Below are positions 32,136 through 49,002 of a stretch of 64,000 nt of DNA, in pieces. The stretch lies in assembly GCF_009914755.1 (NCBI RefSeq), contig NC_060934.1. The stretch is one strand, 5' to 3'. The position numbers and the translations under genes were made by a program. This DNA comes from the human T2T-CHM13v2.0 reference genome, Homo sapiens. The notes beneath the pieces were generated by a model. The model made no database searches and had not been told where the DNA came from. It saw only the letters and a program-made list of their open reading frames with translations. How positions within the stretch are numbered: the stretch's first letter is position 1; the number at the start of each line of letters is the position of its first letter.

Positions 32136-32236
32136 GGTACTCCCCTTGTGGCCCTCTGCTCTTTTGCCTACTGAATCCTAGTCTGGATTAATCACAGATC
32201 ACAAGACAGTCTTTGATTAAAACTCAATGAAACTCT

Positions 32237-32527
32237 GGCTGGGCCTAGAGGCTCATGCCTGTAATCCCAGAAATTTGGGAGGCTGAGGTGGGCGGATCAC
32301 CTGAGGTCAGGAGTTTGAGACTACCCTGGCCAACATGGTGAAACCCCATCTCTACTAAAAATACAAAAATTAGCCAGGCGTGGTGGCAGGCACCTGTAGT
32401 CCCGGCTACTCAGGAGGCTGAGGGAGGAGAATCGCTGGAATCCAGGAGGCAGAGGTTGCAGTGAGCCGAGATTGCGCCACTGCACTCCAGCATGGATGAT
32501 AAAGTGAAACTCTGCCTCAAAAAAAAA
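32237..32527 (+). mobile_element. Alu
   Basis: Dimeric Alu. Confidence 0.92.
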
Positions 32528-33264
32528 GAACTCGATAAGACTTATTATTTAAAAGGAGCTAGCAGTCCAGGATAAAACAGAGGATCCCTAATTTTTAGTG
32601 GCATCCCTTGTCCATAAAAAGCTCCCCGACCCTTGTCAGATGGCACTCCCACTAGGGCCGTCTTCTCACATCTGCTCTGGGGGTCTCTACAGAGGGCAAC
32701 TCACTTCTTCCAGCCTGTCAGCACCAGGCCGGCTGGGGCAGCGGCACCTCAGGGTGCTGTTCTTCTACCTCGGGGATGGGCAAGCACTCTCTCATAGACA
32801 CGGCTAGTGAGGAGTCTGGCCAGTGATCCATTTTGTAAATGGGTTTTCAAACCTTAAACATAAACTCAATTATGTCCTTAAAAATACACATGTGCATGCC
32901 TAAAAATACACACACACATACAGAGGAAATTCTCTCAGCTGTGACTTCTACTGCTCATTAAAGGTAGGACTGGGGTTGGTTTTCAGTCAAACGTGAGGAC
33001 GGAGAGAGGCTGCAGGGCAGAGCTCCTCTGGCTCTTGGCCTTCCTGTTCAAAGGCCAGAGAAGAGACACCCATGACAAGGCTGTGCTCGCTCCAGGGGGT
33101 ACAGGGACCCCACGCAGTGCAGCAGATGCCAGGGTACACCTTTCAGAAAGATTATAAGCATTGGCAAAGAGATTTGCAAAATCCCGTGCAGCAGAAACAC
33201 CTGTTGGAAAAGCTAGAGAGAAAGAATTGGGTGGTTGCATGAACTATTCCACTGGCCAGGGCTC

Positions 33265-33582
33265 TTTTTTTTTTTTTTTTTTTTTCCTGACTCAGGGTCT
33301 TGTTCTGTTGCCCAGGCTGGAGTGCAGTGATGCGATCATAGCTCACTGCAGCCTCGAATTCCTGGGCTCAAGTAATCCCCCCACCTCAGCCTCACAGGTA
33401 GCTGGGACTACAAGCATGCACCACCATACTCGGCTAATTAAAAAAAAAAATTTTTTTTTTTTTTGTAGAGTCGAGGGTCTCTCTATGTTGTCCAGGATGG
33501 TCTTGAACTCCTGGCCTCAAGCAATCCTCCCGCCTCAATCTCCCAAACTGTTGAGATTACAGGCATGAGCCACTGTGGCTGG
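33265..33582 (-). mobile_element. Alu (J-like)
   Basis: Dimeric Alu with a poly(T) tail. Confidence 0.9.
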
Positions 33583-33801
33583 CCTCATTGGGACCCTCTG
33601 GTCTTCCCAATCACTGGTTTGATTCTCACCTACACAGGTTTGTCATGAATTATGCTGTCTGTGAGTAACTTCACCGCTGCCTAACTAGAGCCATAGGATA
33701 GTAAACTGGAAGTTCTGGCTGACATTTTATGATGAGCAGTATCACTAGAGAGGGCCATGAGCAGACCATTCCACAGGAGAGGTGAAAAGCAAGGGCAGGG
33801 A

Positions 33802-34283
33802 GCCGGTTAGCTGGGTCTCCACGCTGGTTAGATAGATCTCCATGCTGGTTAGACAGATCTCCATGCTGGTTAGCTAGGTCACCATGCTGGTTAGGTAGGT
33901 CCCTATGTTGGTTAGCTAGGTCACCATGCTGGTTAGCTAGGTCTCCATGCTGGTTAGCTAGGCTTTTATGTTGGTTAGCTAGCTCACCATGCTAGTTAGC
34001 TACATCCCTATGCTGCTTAGCTACATCCCTATGCTGGTTAGCTAGGTCACCATGCTGGTTAGGTAGGTCCCTATGTTGGTTAGCTAGGTCACCATGCTGG
34101 TTAGCTAGGTCTCCAAGCTGGTTAGCTAGTTTTTATGTTGGTTAGCTAGGTCCCCATGCTAGTTAGCTACATCCCTATGCTGGTTAGCTAGGTCACCATG
34201 CTGGTTAGCTAGGTCTCCAAGCTGGTTAGCTAGGTTTTTATGTTGGTTAGCTAGGTCACCAAGCTGGTTAGCTAGGTCAACAT
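33802..34283. repeat. 21-bp minisatellite (VNTR), 23 copies, consensus GCTGGTTAGCTAGGTCACCAT
   Basis: Units counted directly: 22 of 21 bp plus one of 20 bp, 482 bp in total. Confidence 0.95.
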
Positions 34284-34399
34284 GTATCTTTGTTTGCCAG
34301 TAACCCTGGTTTGTTTGATATCATGGAATAATTATTCACTAATGTCCCTTTTCATTTGTAGTGGTATCTTGGTTTGGATATTAAAACCCTATGGTTACT

Positions 34400-34655
34400 A
34401 AAAGACAAATAACTTTGATTCCACTTATATGAGTGTTCAAACTCACAGAAACAGAAAGTAGAATGATGGTTCCCAGCAGATGGGGGGAGAGAAAAGAGGA
34501 GTTATTGTTTCATGGGTAAAGTTTCAGCTTTGCAAGATGACAAGAGTTCTGAAGATCTGTTGCGCAATGATGGGGATATACCTTACTGAACTGGCCACTG
34601 AAAAATGGTTATGATGGTAGATTGTATGTTGTGTGCATTTTATCACAATTTGAAA
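34400..34655 (+). mobile_element. Old L1 (L1M) 3' fragment
   Basis: GATTCCACTTATATGAG...GAAAGTAGAATG...GTTTCAG...AAAATGGTTA. Confidence 0.7.
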
Positions 34656-35145
34656 AATATCTTCTGGTTAGATGACCCCGAAAATCCCTCACCCACAATT
34701 GAGGTATAAAGTGTTTAGGAGGGTGGAAACTGAGAGAGCATTTTTAGAAATGTTCTTGAGAGGGAGATGTTCTGTGAACTCTCTGCCACCCACAGGGGGA
34801 AGGTAGAAGATGTACTCTTCTCCTTCAACCTGGAAAGAGAGGGTTCATTAGGGTTACCTGGAGAGCTTAATAGGTATCCCCTGACATCAGACGAACTGAA
34901 GCGGGGATGGAGCTCAGATGGGAGAATGGAGAGATTTAACTTTAGAGCAAGTTTGAAGCTTCGATTGTCATAAAGAACTGGACACTCTAATTTCTTAATA
35001 AAAGCTTATTTTGCTATTTAAAGTGACTGGGTGACGTTGTAATACCTGGGAGTGATCAGAAAAGTCATGGGACTGCCCGTGTTTTTATTGAGAGATAAAG
35101 GAAGAGCATGTTCAAAGGAACAGTGGGAGATAAAAGAGATTTGTC

Positions 35146-35482
<337 letters not shown>

Positions 35483-37118
35483 CTAGCAAAGTCTTCTGTC
35501 TTCCAGCTAGAGAAACCAGATCTGTTCATAGGTTACTACCGGTTCATGGCTTCTTTTGGAGCGAGCGAGGCTATTGGATGCTCCTCTGCAGTGGTTTGGG
35601 ATCCAACGATAGCATTTGGTTTTGATTTGCTTCTTCAAATTGCATCCAAGGTCAACGGGGCTCCCTGAGTAATGGGAATCTGCATCTGTAGAGTTATTTA
35701 GAAGCCAGCCAGTCTCAGGGCGGCTGCTACGTCATCTGGCTGGGTGTTTATTTGCATGTTATAAATACCAAGTGTTGTGTTTGACCCCTACTGTCCACAC
35801 AATCAACGTGGCTATTTATATGGCCTTTCTCAGTGCTGGTCCACGTGCCTTTTCAGGGGCAGGGAGAACAGCAGGTCGAGGAGACCAGGCATTGTGTGGG
35901 AAGCAGATGAATCCTGGGAGACACATATCCCCAAAGACATATCAGCTGCAGTAGGAAAACCGCTTTTGGTTATTTAATCAGATCTAGCTTGAGCACTGGC
36001 TCCACGGGAGTCAAAGACAGACGTGGGGTTACCTACTTAGAAACTGGCATTTTCCCCTCCTACCACTTTCTTCTGGAAAACTGTTGCTTTTCATCCTTTC
36101 TTTCATTCATGACTCCCCTCTGGCTTTAAAATGAGCTTGCTTTATTTACCTTGTTTTATTTCTCTTTGTTTCTAGTTTTAAGATTCCTTCAACATCAGGA
36201 TTCCCGATCATCTCATCAACCGACTTGTTAAGAAAACTGAGGCCCAGGGAAGTGGCTCACAATTGTGTAGAATTGTGAGGTGTCTTGACTGCTGGGCCAG
36301 GTATCCGGCAAATAATGGCAGGGGGCAGGGGCAGGCGTGCAGCACCCCAAGGGTATGTCAGGCCTGGAGACTGACTTCAGAGACAACTTGGGGAGATTCT
36401 TGGAGCTTGAGTGTACCCCTTCCAGGAGGTGCCTCCAAGCTTGTCACCCTGGGAGAGATTTAGACCTGCCCCTCTTTAGGGGATAATTACATTCCTCCCC
36501 TCCTGTGACTTTCCAGATTAATTACTCTCATGCAATAGTTGCTCTCTAAGAATTATTCACCTGGACAGGGCAATGCTTTTTTTTTTTCTGTTCATAGACA
36601 GGTCAACCTTCCTCAAAGGTGACAGTCTGACACCAGCATGGGCTTCAACAAGAACACAAGATACAGGCTGGTGCCCTTGGGAGCTTGGCTTACCCAGACC
36701 AGTCTCGGGATGGCCTTCCCAGGGCCCTGTGGGAACCGAGGAACCCTGGCTTCCCAGGTCCAGTGACCAAGAAAAAAATAACCCTCTTCACAAAGAGACG
36801 TTGTTTGCTTTTCGAGGCCATCCCACCTCTTGTTTTCAGTATAAATGACTGTAACAATATTTGCTATGTCAAGGCCAATGCCACTTTTATCCTGGGGAAT
36901 GAGAAACTCTGTGACAAGTAAACTTATTCAAGATGGAGAAAATTAGACTACATCTATTCTGTGTCTCTTAGTCCCCACTTCACAGATATAAAAAGAGAGG
37001 CACAGAGAGGTTAAATAAATTGCTAATCATGACTTTCTAAAATAAACTGGAAGTGAGTTAGTGCCAAGGAAGTGAGTTAGCGCCAAAATTCTTTGGTCAA
37101 GAAAATTCTTCTTTGGGG

Positions 37119-37401
<283 letters not shown>

Positions 37402-37677
37402 TTACAAAACATCTCTCTCTTTTTGTTTAGAAGTGTAACTGCTCTAGGAAAGAATTTGACTTTAACTCAGACTAAAATGTCTTCATAACAACAGCAAAAC
37501 AACGAAGTAGGATCTCATAGAAAGGTCCTCGTTAACTGCCTGTATGCAGAGCAGTGGGCCTTAAGCTCCACTGCCTGTGCTCAAGTCACCTTCAAGGCTT
37601 GTGGAATTAGATTGCGGAGTCCCATCCTCAGAGTTTCTGAGCTCGTAAGTCTCAGGCGGGGATCCTTAGTTTGCATT

Positions 37678-37932
37678 TCTTTCTTTCTTTTTTGAGATGG
37701 AGTCTTGCTCTGTTGCCCAGGCTGGAGTGTAGTGGTGTGATCTTGGCTCACTGCAGCCTCAACCTCCTCAAGGCTCCAAAGTAGCTGGGACTACTCCTTT
37801 GTATTTTTGTATTTTGTGTGTGTAGAGATGAGGTCTTGTTATGTTGCCTAGGCTGGTCTCCAACTGCTACCATCCTCCTGCCTCAGCCTTCCAAAGTGCT
37901 GGGATGACAGGTGTGAGCCACCTAGCCTGGCC
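37678..37932 (-). mobile_element. Alu (J-like, internally deleted)
   Basis: Alu arms with deletions. Confidence 0.85.
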
Positions 37933-37942
37933 GTTAGTTTGC

Positions 37943-38240
<298 letters not shown>

Positions 38241-38759
38241 AGAGTTTGCATTTCTAACACATTTCCATGTGATGAGGATGCTGCTGGTCCAAGGACCACA
38301 CTGAGAACCACTGCTGTAGAAGATACCATGCAGCACCGACCAGCCTCTTTCTCCCTGCAGGACTGAAGGACGTACGCCCTCTCCCGGAATCGTCTCAGCT
38401 ACAGAGAACCACCTTGCCCAAGGTCACCACCCTCTTGCCAAGGGGGTCACTTGGATCTAATGATTGGTTAATGCTGGGGGGAGGGGGTAAGTCTTGGCCC
38501 CCAGCCTCAACAGTGATGGCGGTGGCTCCGGGGTCATTCTAGCTTCCGAGTTTCGTCTAGGTTGAGGGCGCCATGTTGGGACTGCATCAGCTTCTCTCTC
38601 TGCCTGGTTCTGCTTCCTTTACTTTACCATTTGTTGTTAGTCCAGGGCACACCCCAGTAAACTTCCTGCATGCGAGTTCATCTTAGACTGCTTCCCAGGG
38701 AATCGTATGTACAACACTCGGGAGTAGAGAGTCACTGAAACGGCCCTAGCTCTGAGAGA

Positions 38760-39102
38760 CCCCTCCTGACCAGCCATCACCCCTCCCGCTCTTCCTTACT
38801 CTGATTTATTGTCTTCGTAGAATTTAACTCTCAGGTCTATGGCCATACTGCCCTGAATGCGCCTGATCTTGTCTGATTTCGGAAGCTAAGCAGGGTCGTG
38901 CCCGGTTAGTACTTGGATGGGAGAATTTAGTGCTCGAACACTATTGCTGTAGCTTTCTTTAATAAATAAATTTGACTGCCTTTCCCGCTAGACTGTAAGC
39001 TCTGTGCATGCAGGGACATAGTCTCTCTTGTTCTGCAGAGCCAAGAGCAGGGCCTGGTACCTGACAGGCACTTGGACAACACGTACTGAACAAGTGAATG
39101 AA
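38760..39102. mobile_element. L2 3' end fragment hosting the 5S pseudogene
   Basis: CTAGACTGTAAGCTC...GCAGGGAC...CCTGGTAC...GTGAATGAA is typical of an L2 terminus. Confidence 0.6.
38835..38924 (+). pseudogene. 5S rRNA pseudogene, 3'-truncated (first ~90 nt of 5S)
   Basis: GTCTATGGCCATACTGCCCTGAATGCGCCTGATCTTGTCTGATTTCGGAAGCTAAGCAGGGTCGTGCCCGGTTAGTACTTGGATGGGAGA aligns by eye to human 5S rRNA from position 1, with mostly CpG-type changes. No terminator or poly(A) tail. Confidence 0.93.
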
Positions 39103-39600
39103 CCTCCAGGCAGGAAGAGTCACACATCCTCACCAACAACTCCTAGGGTTTCAGAGAACTAGAAAGTCTAGGAATACGGAGGGTGCTTTCAAAAGTGTTG
39201 TCTGTAATTGGAAATGCCTTATGTTTGTTTAGTGCTTTAGTTTTATTCATTTTTTTTTAAAGCAGTTCATTCAATATTGATAGCAACCCATATTATCATA
39301 AACCCCCATGTGGTGGGCAAGATAGAGGGTTGCTTTGAAGCACTGGGAGAAGAGAAACCGGCCTTGGTGAGTTGAGTCTCTTGCTCAGCCAGGCCCACAT
39401 GGAAATGCTGGTATCCTGCCTCCTGGACCCATGGTCCTGTCTCTGTATCATCAGCAGAAGCAAACTCAAGTCAGTTGCCACTGAGTCTGACTTTCCCCCA
39501 TGAATACTCATATGGGGGCCATTTTATTGGAGAGGATTTCATATTCACCACCCTGTACGGAATTCTAAGTGCTAGCTCAGTGCTTTCAGGTGATTACCAT

Positions 39601-39932
<332 letters not shown>

Positions 39933-40129
39933 TAGAGTTTGGGATTATTCTTCCAAATGGAGATGATTCAGCCATGTCTGATATTGGTGATTTGAGAAGG
40001 AGGATGTCTAGGATTGATGCTTTGAGAAGACGATCTCAATTTTCTTAGAATATGATTCCTTTTGTCCTTGGAGAGTTATTTTTAAGTAGCAGATTCTGGG
40101 AACTCCCCATGCCCTCCACCTCCTACTCC

Positions 40130-40880
40130 CAAATTCCGCCCCCGCCCGCCCCCGCGGCCAAGTAGGCCTGGTCTCTAGACGCCCAAGGCCAGGGTCTGTC
40201 ACCCACAGGCATGGAAAGCGTTCAGGTCCACTCAGACTGTGCTGCGATCTGAAGGAATGATAACATACGAGGAGAAGGCCCTTTGGTCCTACACTGTGAA
40301 TGAGTAAGGGGCAGCTGCAAAATGCTAAGAATGCTGAGTGCATTAAGTGAAGTGTTTCTCCCAGGTGTGCACAGGGTGTGGCTTCCAAGGGGAATGTGGA
40401 TGCTGGAATGAGGGAGGCAGCCACCTAGGCCGGTCAAGTCAGAGGCCCAGCAAGGAGAAAGCGAGCCAAGGCAAACGCCGACAGAAGAGAACGATAAATC
40501 CGCGGCGCACTCGGCAGAACGTCCACCGCACCGCATAATTTAGCGGGGCAATGCCGCCGGGAGTCCACGCCAAGTTAATGGAATATTTCCTGTAAATATT
40601 ATTTTCCCTTCCTGTCTCATCATCTCATTTCATTCAAAAATCTTTACTAATCCGGGGGAGTGAAAGTAATGCATCAATTTCCAGAGCCAATGCCCCTGCT
40701 TCCGAAATACCCTTAGGAATCACTGGAAGCCACCGCGGCTGCTTAGGGACAGGGGGGCAGGCCGTTTACTCTGGTTCCTTCTCCTAATGCCTCAGAGGGG
40801 ACCCCATAGTGCTCCTAATTGTGCATCTAAGTGTACATAAAAGCCCCCCTAATTGCACATCAAATAAATAAGTAAATGCT
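40130..40880. promoter_or_regulatory. CpG-enriched candidate promoter/enhancer
   Basis: Tandem GC boxes (CCGCCCCCGCCCGCCCC), a dense CpG cluster at 40470-40570 and many TAAT motifs; no repeats recognised. Confidence 0.4.
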
Positions 40881-41630
40881 GTCTGCTGAATATGTAACAA
40901 GGACTGATGTTGCTATTTCTTCCCAGGGGGGAGATTTCATTAAATCTGGGCTGCGTTTCTAAGTGATGATTTACAGATATTGAATATTCTTTACAAGGGA
41001 GGCTTTTTTGGAGTTATGTGCTTCACAATATTTGCTCTAATGCTTAAAGCCTCAGATACAGCCTGCTGGAGGTCTCTTTATTCTAACTCTTAGTGTCCTT
41101 TTGGAAAGTCTTTTCTGCTTTAATGTGTAATGGCTTCCGATGATCAGATGGCTGGTTTGTCTGCAGGTCTGGGGACTGTGCAACCCCCTGGTCTCCCAAT
41201 GCCTCAGTTACTGACGCTGCAAACAAGGCAGATTGTCCCAGAGATTAGAGCTCTCAGGCTTTCTCGGGCTTCAATCAATCAAAGGAACGTAAGGACCCCT
41301 CCCCTACAGAGAGAGCCGGACGTGAGCCAGATTTTGTCCAGACTTACTTATATCTGCCCTGTGGGATCCCGATTCTGCAAGATTTAATAAACAATGCCTC
41401 AACAGATAGCATTTAATTTTCATTCAAACGTTTCCAGGGAAGAAAGAGGTAAAACTCTTGCTTGTACCAGCACAACTGCCCGAAACCCGTGGGATACCCA
41501 GTCTGAGGCATGTTGCTATCGACAGTCATTTCACACAGCTGGCAGTTTTTTCTTTTCTGATGGCCTAGCTCTCTTTACTCCACCGTAAATGCAAACTAAG
41601 ACGAAACTTGGGATTTACCTCCGGTGCCTA

Positions 41631-42150
<520 letters not shown>

Positions 42151-42305
42151 CTACTTCTGTCATCACTGCTGAGCCAAGACAGACATGTAAGATCCCGTCA
42201 GCACCGTACTTGGATGCTGCATTCACAATTGTGAATTCCAACCGTAGCCATGACAAAGGAGAGAGGAGAGCTACAAAGCACTCAAAGGGATGTCCCCAAG
42301 TGTCA

Positions 42306-42750
<445 letters not shown>

Positions 42751-44471
42751 ATTCTACATCCTATCCTCAGATAGTGTTTAGGGTTCTGCTTGACCTCTTA
42801 AAAAGAACTTATATATGCAAGCAAGGGCTGATATTCTGGGGGAGGTGCATGCATTGTAGATTCTGATTTTTCTTAGTCTTGTTTGCTGCTTTTTTTAGGG
42901 TGTTCTGGGAGCTGTTCTTCCATATATGTTGTTCCAAAATACTACCGAAGTTGGCCTTCAGAAGTTCAACGTCTCTGAACTCTTCTGAACACGCACAAAA
43001 GCCAAAATCCAGTCTGCAGGGTGTCCCCACGTGTTCAGCTGTTCCTGACATGTGTACCCTGCAGGCAATGAAGCTGTGATTTTCGATTTTTTGACAAACT
43101 CCAGCAGCTTGCATTGAGGGCTGTGCTTCTGAAGGCCAGGAGGCTGTCTCTTTAGAAGGTCCAGGTAGCAGAGTGTGGGGTTTAAATGTTCTCTGTTCTC
43201 GGAGCCACCGGTGAGGTCCCTTGCGTTTTACTCCAACCCCCAAGAGCCTCTAAGCTCCAGAGTGGTGATTAAGTGACTGAGGGCAGACTCTGAAACTAGG
43301 ATGGCAAACTGCTTGCAACTGGAGAATGAGGGACGGGCTACTGTTGTGCTCTTTTCTGGACAGTCATCAGCTACTCTTTCTTGGTGCCTTTTTTGTTTGT
43401 TTGGGCTTTTTTGTGGGGGATGAGGGGTAGGTCATATGGAAACACTTAAGTGGATTCTCAAGGCGGCTGCTGAGCCCCTGTGAGTGTGCCGACGGGTTGC
43501 CAATGCTGTTGGAGCTGTGCAGGCAGTGGACGCCTCTGGGCTCTGAAAAGGAGAGGGAGCAGACTCACCCCTGCCACTGCCTCTACTTAAACATGGGCTC
43601 TTCTTGTGTTGGTGCAACGTGACAGAGCCGCTGTAACTGGGTCAGAGTGTCAGGGAGGGCCTCTGTCTGCCGCCGGGCAGGAGCAGCTGCCTGGGCTGGA
43701 GATGCAGCTGTTACTGCAGAAGCCTCCAGGTGCACAGTGCTGGGTGTCACTCCCTTGCCTGAGCATCCCTGGAGGCTCGAGGTGGCAGAGATGTGCCAAG
43801 CACCAGAGCCAAGAGGGAGTGGCATCCCCTGGAGTGCCACCCCTCCCAGATGGCTCACCCAGCCATGAGGCCCATGCATGGGACCTCCCCTGCCCTCGGT
43901 GTGCAGGGACACTGCTGGCCACACTAGGGAGCCTGGCTGACCTTCCCCATGTCTGAGTTTTCAAAGCACAGAGGGCTGCCAGTGGTGGTCCTTGTCTACA
44001 GGACATCAGAATCCCTGTGGGGCTTCTTCTGGGCTCAGTGGCCTGGTCGGAGGTGTAGGTGAGAAGGCCTGCAGGGGGCTGTGGCATCTAGATGTCCCAG
44101 CAGCTTCAGATGAGTTCCTGATGTACAGCGGAGGTTAAGAGCCACTGGCCTGGAGGCACTGAAGACAGACTTTTGGCTTAGGTGCGGACTTGCATCGATA
44201 TGCATTCACACGTGTGTGCATCTTTTCAGATTCTGAGATCTGGGATCAGGGTGTGGGGCTTTTTGTAGCCTCAGAAACTGACATGTCCCTTAAACATAAC
44301 ACAGATGGCCTTTTTATAATGGTGATGAGGTTGGCAATGCAAGAAAAACAAACAGGCACCCCGTTTAGGTCTTCTTGTAGCTAAGGCTTCTTAACAATGG
44401 CTCCAGCTGAGTCCACGGCCTTGCCTTTAAGTTCCATCTGACATCTTAGCGGGGTGGGGGGGTACCCCTAG

Positions 44472-44810
<339 letters not shown>

Positions 44811-45039
44811 AAAGGCCTGTTCTTAATTTTATATTCAGATTGTACATTCATTTCTTAAGGAGGGCCCCAAATTATGTAAGCTTCAGAGCCCATGCAACGG
44901 AAGCTGCCTCTGCATCTCACCGTGATCGTCGTGATTGGGAAATGAACTCTTCACTCCTAGCTACTGGTGTGCCAACTGCCAATCCAACCTCCTCCCTCTG
45001 TCCAGTCTCTGGTTCAGTGATGCTTTGGAAATTCTTGCT

Positions 45040-46332
<1,293 letters not shown>

Positions 46333-46943
46333 CTAACTTCTTCCTCCAAGGCCACAGAAACCCAAGTGATTTTCAATAACAACCCAGTTTGGGTTAGAGA
46401 CAATGGCCTGGAAAACTATATTGACCTTTTGACATTTTTAATTCATGGACCTGGATAAGTTCCATTCATTATTGTAAATTCTCTTATTTGATGGCTGATT
46501 ATTCATGCCTTTGGCCTCTTACTTCTTATCTTGAAGCCTGTTTTAGCATCTTATAATAATAGTTATAATTGACTGAGCCCTAGCTATGCATCCTTTCCTG
46601 TTTTACATACATCAAGTGCTAGCTCATCACCTCTTCACTCTTCATTAGAACCTCAATTAGAGGAATAAAGAAAGCTTAAACATATTAATAAATTGAACCA
46701 AACAAGTATGAATACTTGTTAGCATGTCCTCTAAAAAGCTTAGAGGGAGAAGAGATTTCAACTGCTGGATTTTAATTATCTCTGCTGTAGACCTCAATTA
46801 TGCATGTCGGCCTTGGTCTTCCACCACTACAGGCAAGAGAGAGCTCAATGTATTGCAGCCAGAATTTTGTTAAAGGCTTTAGGGAGTATTCTTGGCTTTT
46901 GCAAGTGCAAAAACAGTCAGGCAGGTTGAAAAGAGAAGAGTCA

Positions 46944-47258
46944 GGCCAGGTGTGGTGGCTCACACCTGTAATTCCAGCACTTTGGGAGGCTGAGGAGGGC
47001 AGATCACTTGAGGTCAGGAGTTTGAGACAGGCCTGGCCCACATGGTGAAACCCCATTTCTACTAAAAATACAAAATCAGCCAGGCGTGGTGGCAGGCGCC
47101 TGTAATCCAGCTACTGGAAAGGCTGAGGCATGAGAATCGCTTGAACCTGGGAAGCAAAGGTTGCAGTGAGCCAAGAGCGTGCCACTGCACTCCAGCCTGG
47201 GAGACAGAGCGAGACTCCATCTCAAACAAACAAACAAACAAACAAACAAAAAACAAAA
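46944..47258 (+). mobile_element. Alu with an (AAAC)n tail
   Basis: TSD AAAAGAGAAG. Confidence 0.93.
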
Positions 47259-48081
47259 AGAGAAGGGTTGTTCTAAAAAGAAGGAGGGAAGAGAGAACTC
47301 AGGAAGAAAAGGCACAGAAAATTAAAAATGCCACGTGGGAAAAAGGCACAGGGAAAACAGGAAGAAAAATACAGGGAGGAAGAGGTATGGATCCCACAAT
47401 TGAGGAACACAAAGCCAGAAAAGGTAAGAACAGGGGGTCCAATTCATTTCTTGTTGCATATAAATGGATAAGGAAAGGCTTTGGAGATAGCCACAAAACA
47501 ACACTCCCTCCACCCGCCAAAGAGCCAGGTTCTTCCTGAATTGTTCTCAGTCAATAATTCCCCCATCATTTGCTCAGCATCTTTTCTTAGAACTTAACCA
47601 CCTTACTGATCAATGGAGTAAAAATCCTCCCAACATGGGAACATTTTTTCTTCTATCAATTTAATAAAGAAGTTTGCCAAGGACAGATGTTAACTGGAGA
47701 GCCTACAATCCACTTAGATATGTAGTGTGGGTTTCAATCCTATTCGAGGATAAAACAGCTTGGAAAGCAATCTGGAATGACATAATGGCCCAATATTGCT
47801 TTCTCTCTGCTAAAGCAAGTGTGGTTTTCATAGGTTTTTAATATGTATTTCAGGGTTTGGACTGCATACCATCTCCTTTATTCTCCACCGGGGGATCTGA
47901 ATGATAGCACTCGCCTCTAAGATATGTTTCCATTATAATTTTTCAATTTGTTCTGGTCTGAAAAGTGTTTGTAAATGAAAACAGAGAAAATTCAAACGTT
48001 GTATCCCTTTCAAACATTCCATTTTGGGTTTACAAGGACTTTGCAAACCGTTTTCTGTTTCTCTCCCTCTTCAGCAAATAA

Positions 48082-48474
<393 letters not shown>

Positions 48475-48915
48475 TGACCTGCAATCTCTTCTTTCAGCTC
48501 TCCCACCTCCCCTGATCCTGTCCCAGAAATCTTTGGGAGAACTCAGACTGGCTTCAGGATTCAAGAGAAATGTTACATCATTTTTCCAAAGAATACAGCC
48601 CTGCCCGAAATTAAGGAACAGGATAGTCCCTCAAAAGTCTCTTTGCCTATCTGCTCTGGGGAGAACTGAGCCAGTCATCTCACCTTAAGTAATTATAACA
48701 GCTTAGATTTCCTTAGAGACAGGGAGAAAAAAAAGAAAAAATATTTACCCAGGGAACTCAGATGGGATTGCTGTGGAGTAATTTGTATACACTAAAATTA
48801 GCAGGAGATTGGTGAGCCTTTAGGCTGCATGGCGTTAGCATTTTTAAAGTGACTCCTACGCCTGTTCCTCTCTGGATCTGAGAGGAGTTAAACCCAAGCA
48901 GGAGACCAGCCTTAC

Positions 48916-49002
48916 CTTTCTTGGCTTCACTTTATCATGGTAGTCATACTGGAAGATCCCTTTGTAGCTCAGGCCCAGCCACCATGGTATGCCCTGCTTG
49001 TC
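48916..49002 (-). CDS. FRMD4A: FRMD4A coding exon (87 nt, probably exon 12), FERM C-lobe (PH-like)
   Basis: Acceptor TTTTTGATATCCTAG|G and donor AAG|GTAAG. Translates DKQGIPWWLGLSYKGIFQYDYHDKVKPRK. Confidence 0.96.

Noticed and set aside
33802-34283. CRISPR-like array
   Set aside because: The units are contiguous with no unique spacers, there are no cas genes, and the context is a primate intron. It is a minisatellite.
43570-43630. Possible cryptic exon on the - strand ending in GGG|GTGAGT
   Set aside because: The donor is strong, but the upstream pyrimidine tract is weak and there is no coding signal or other support.
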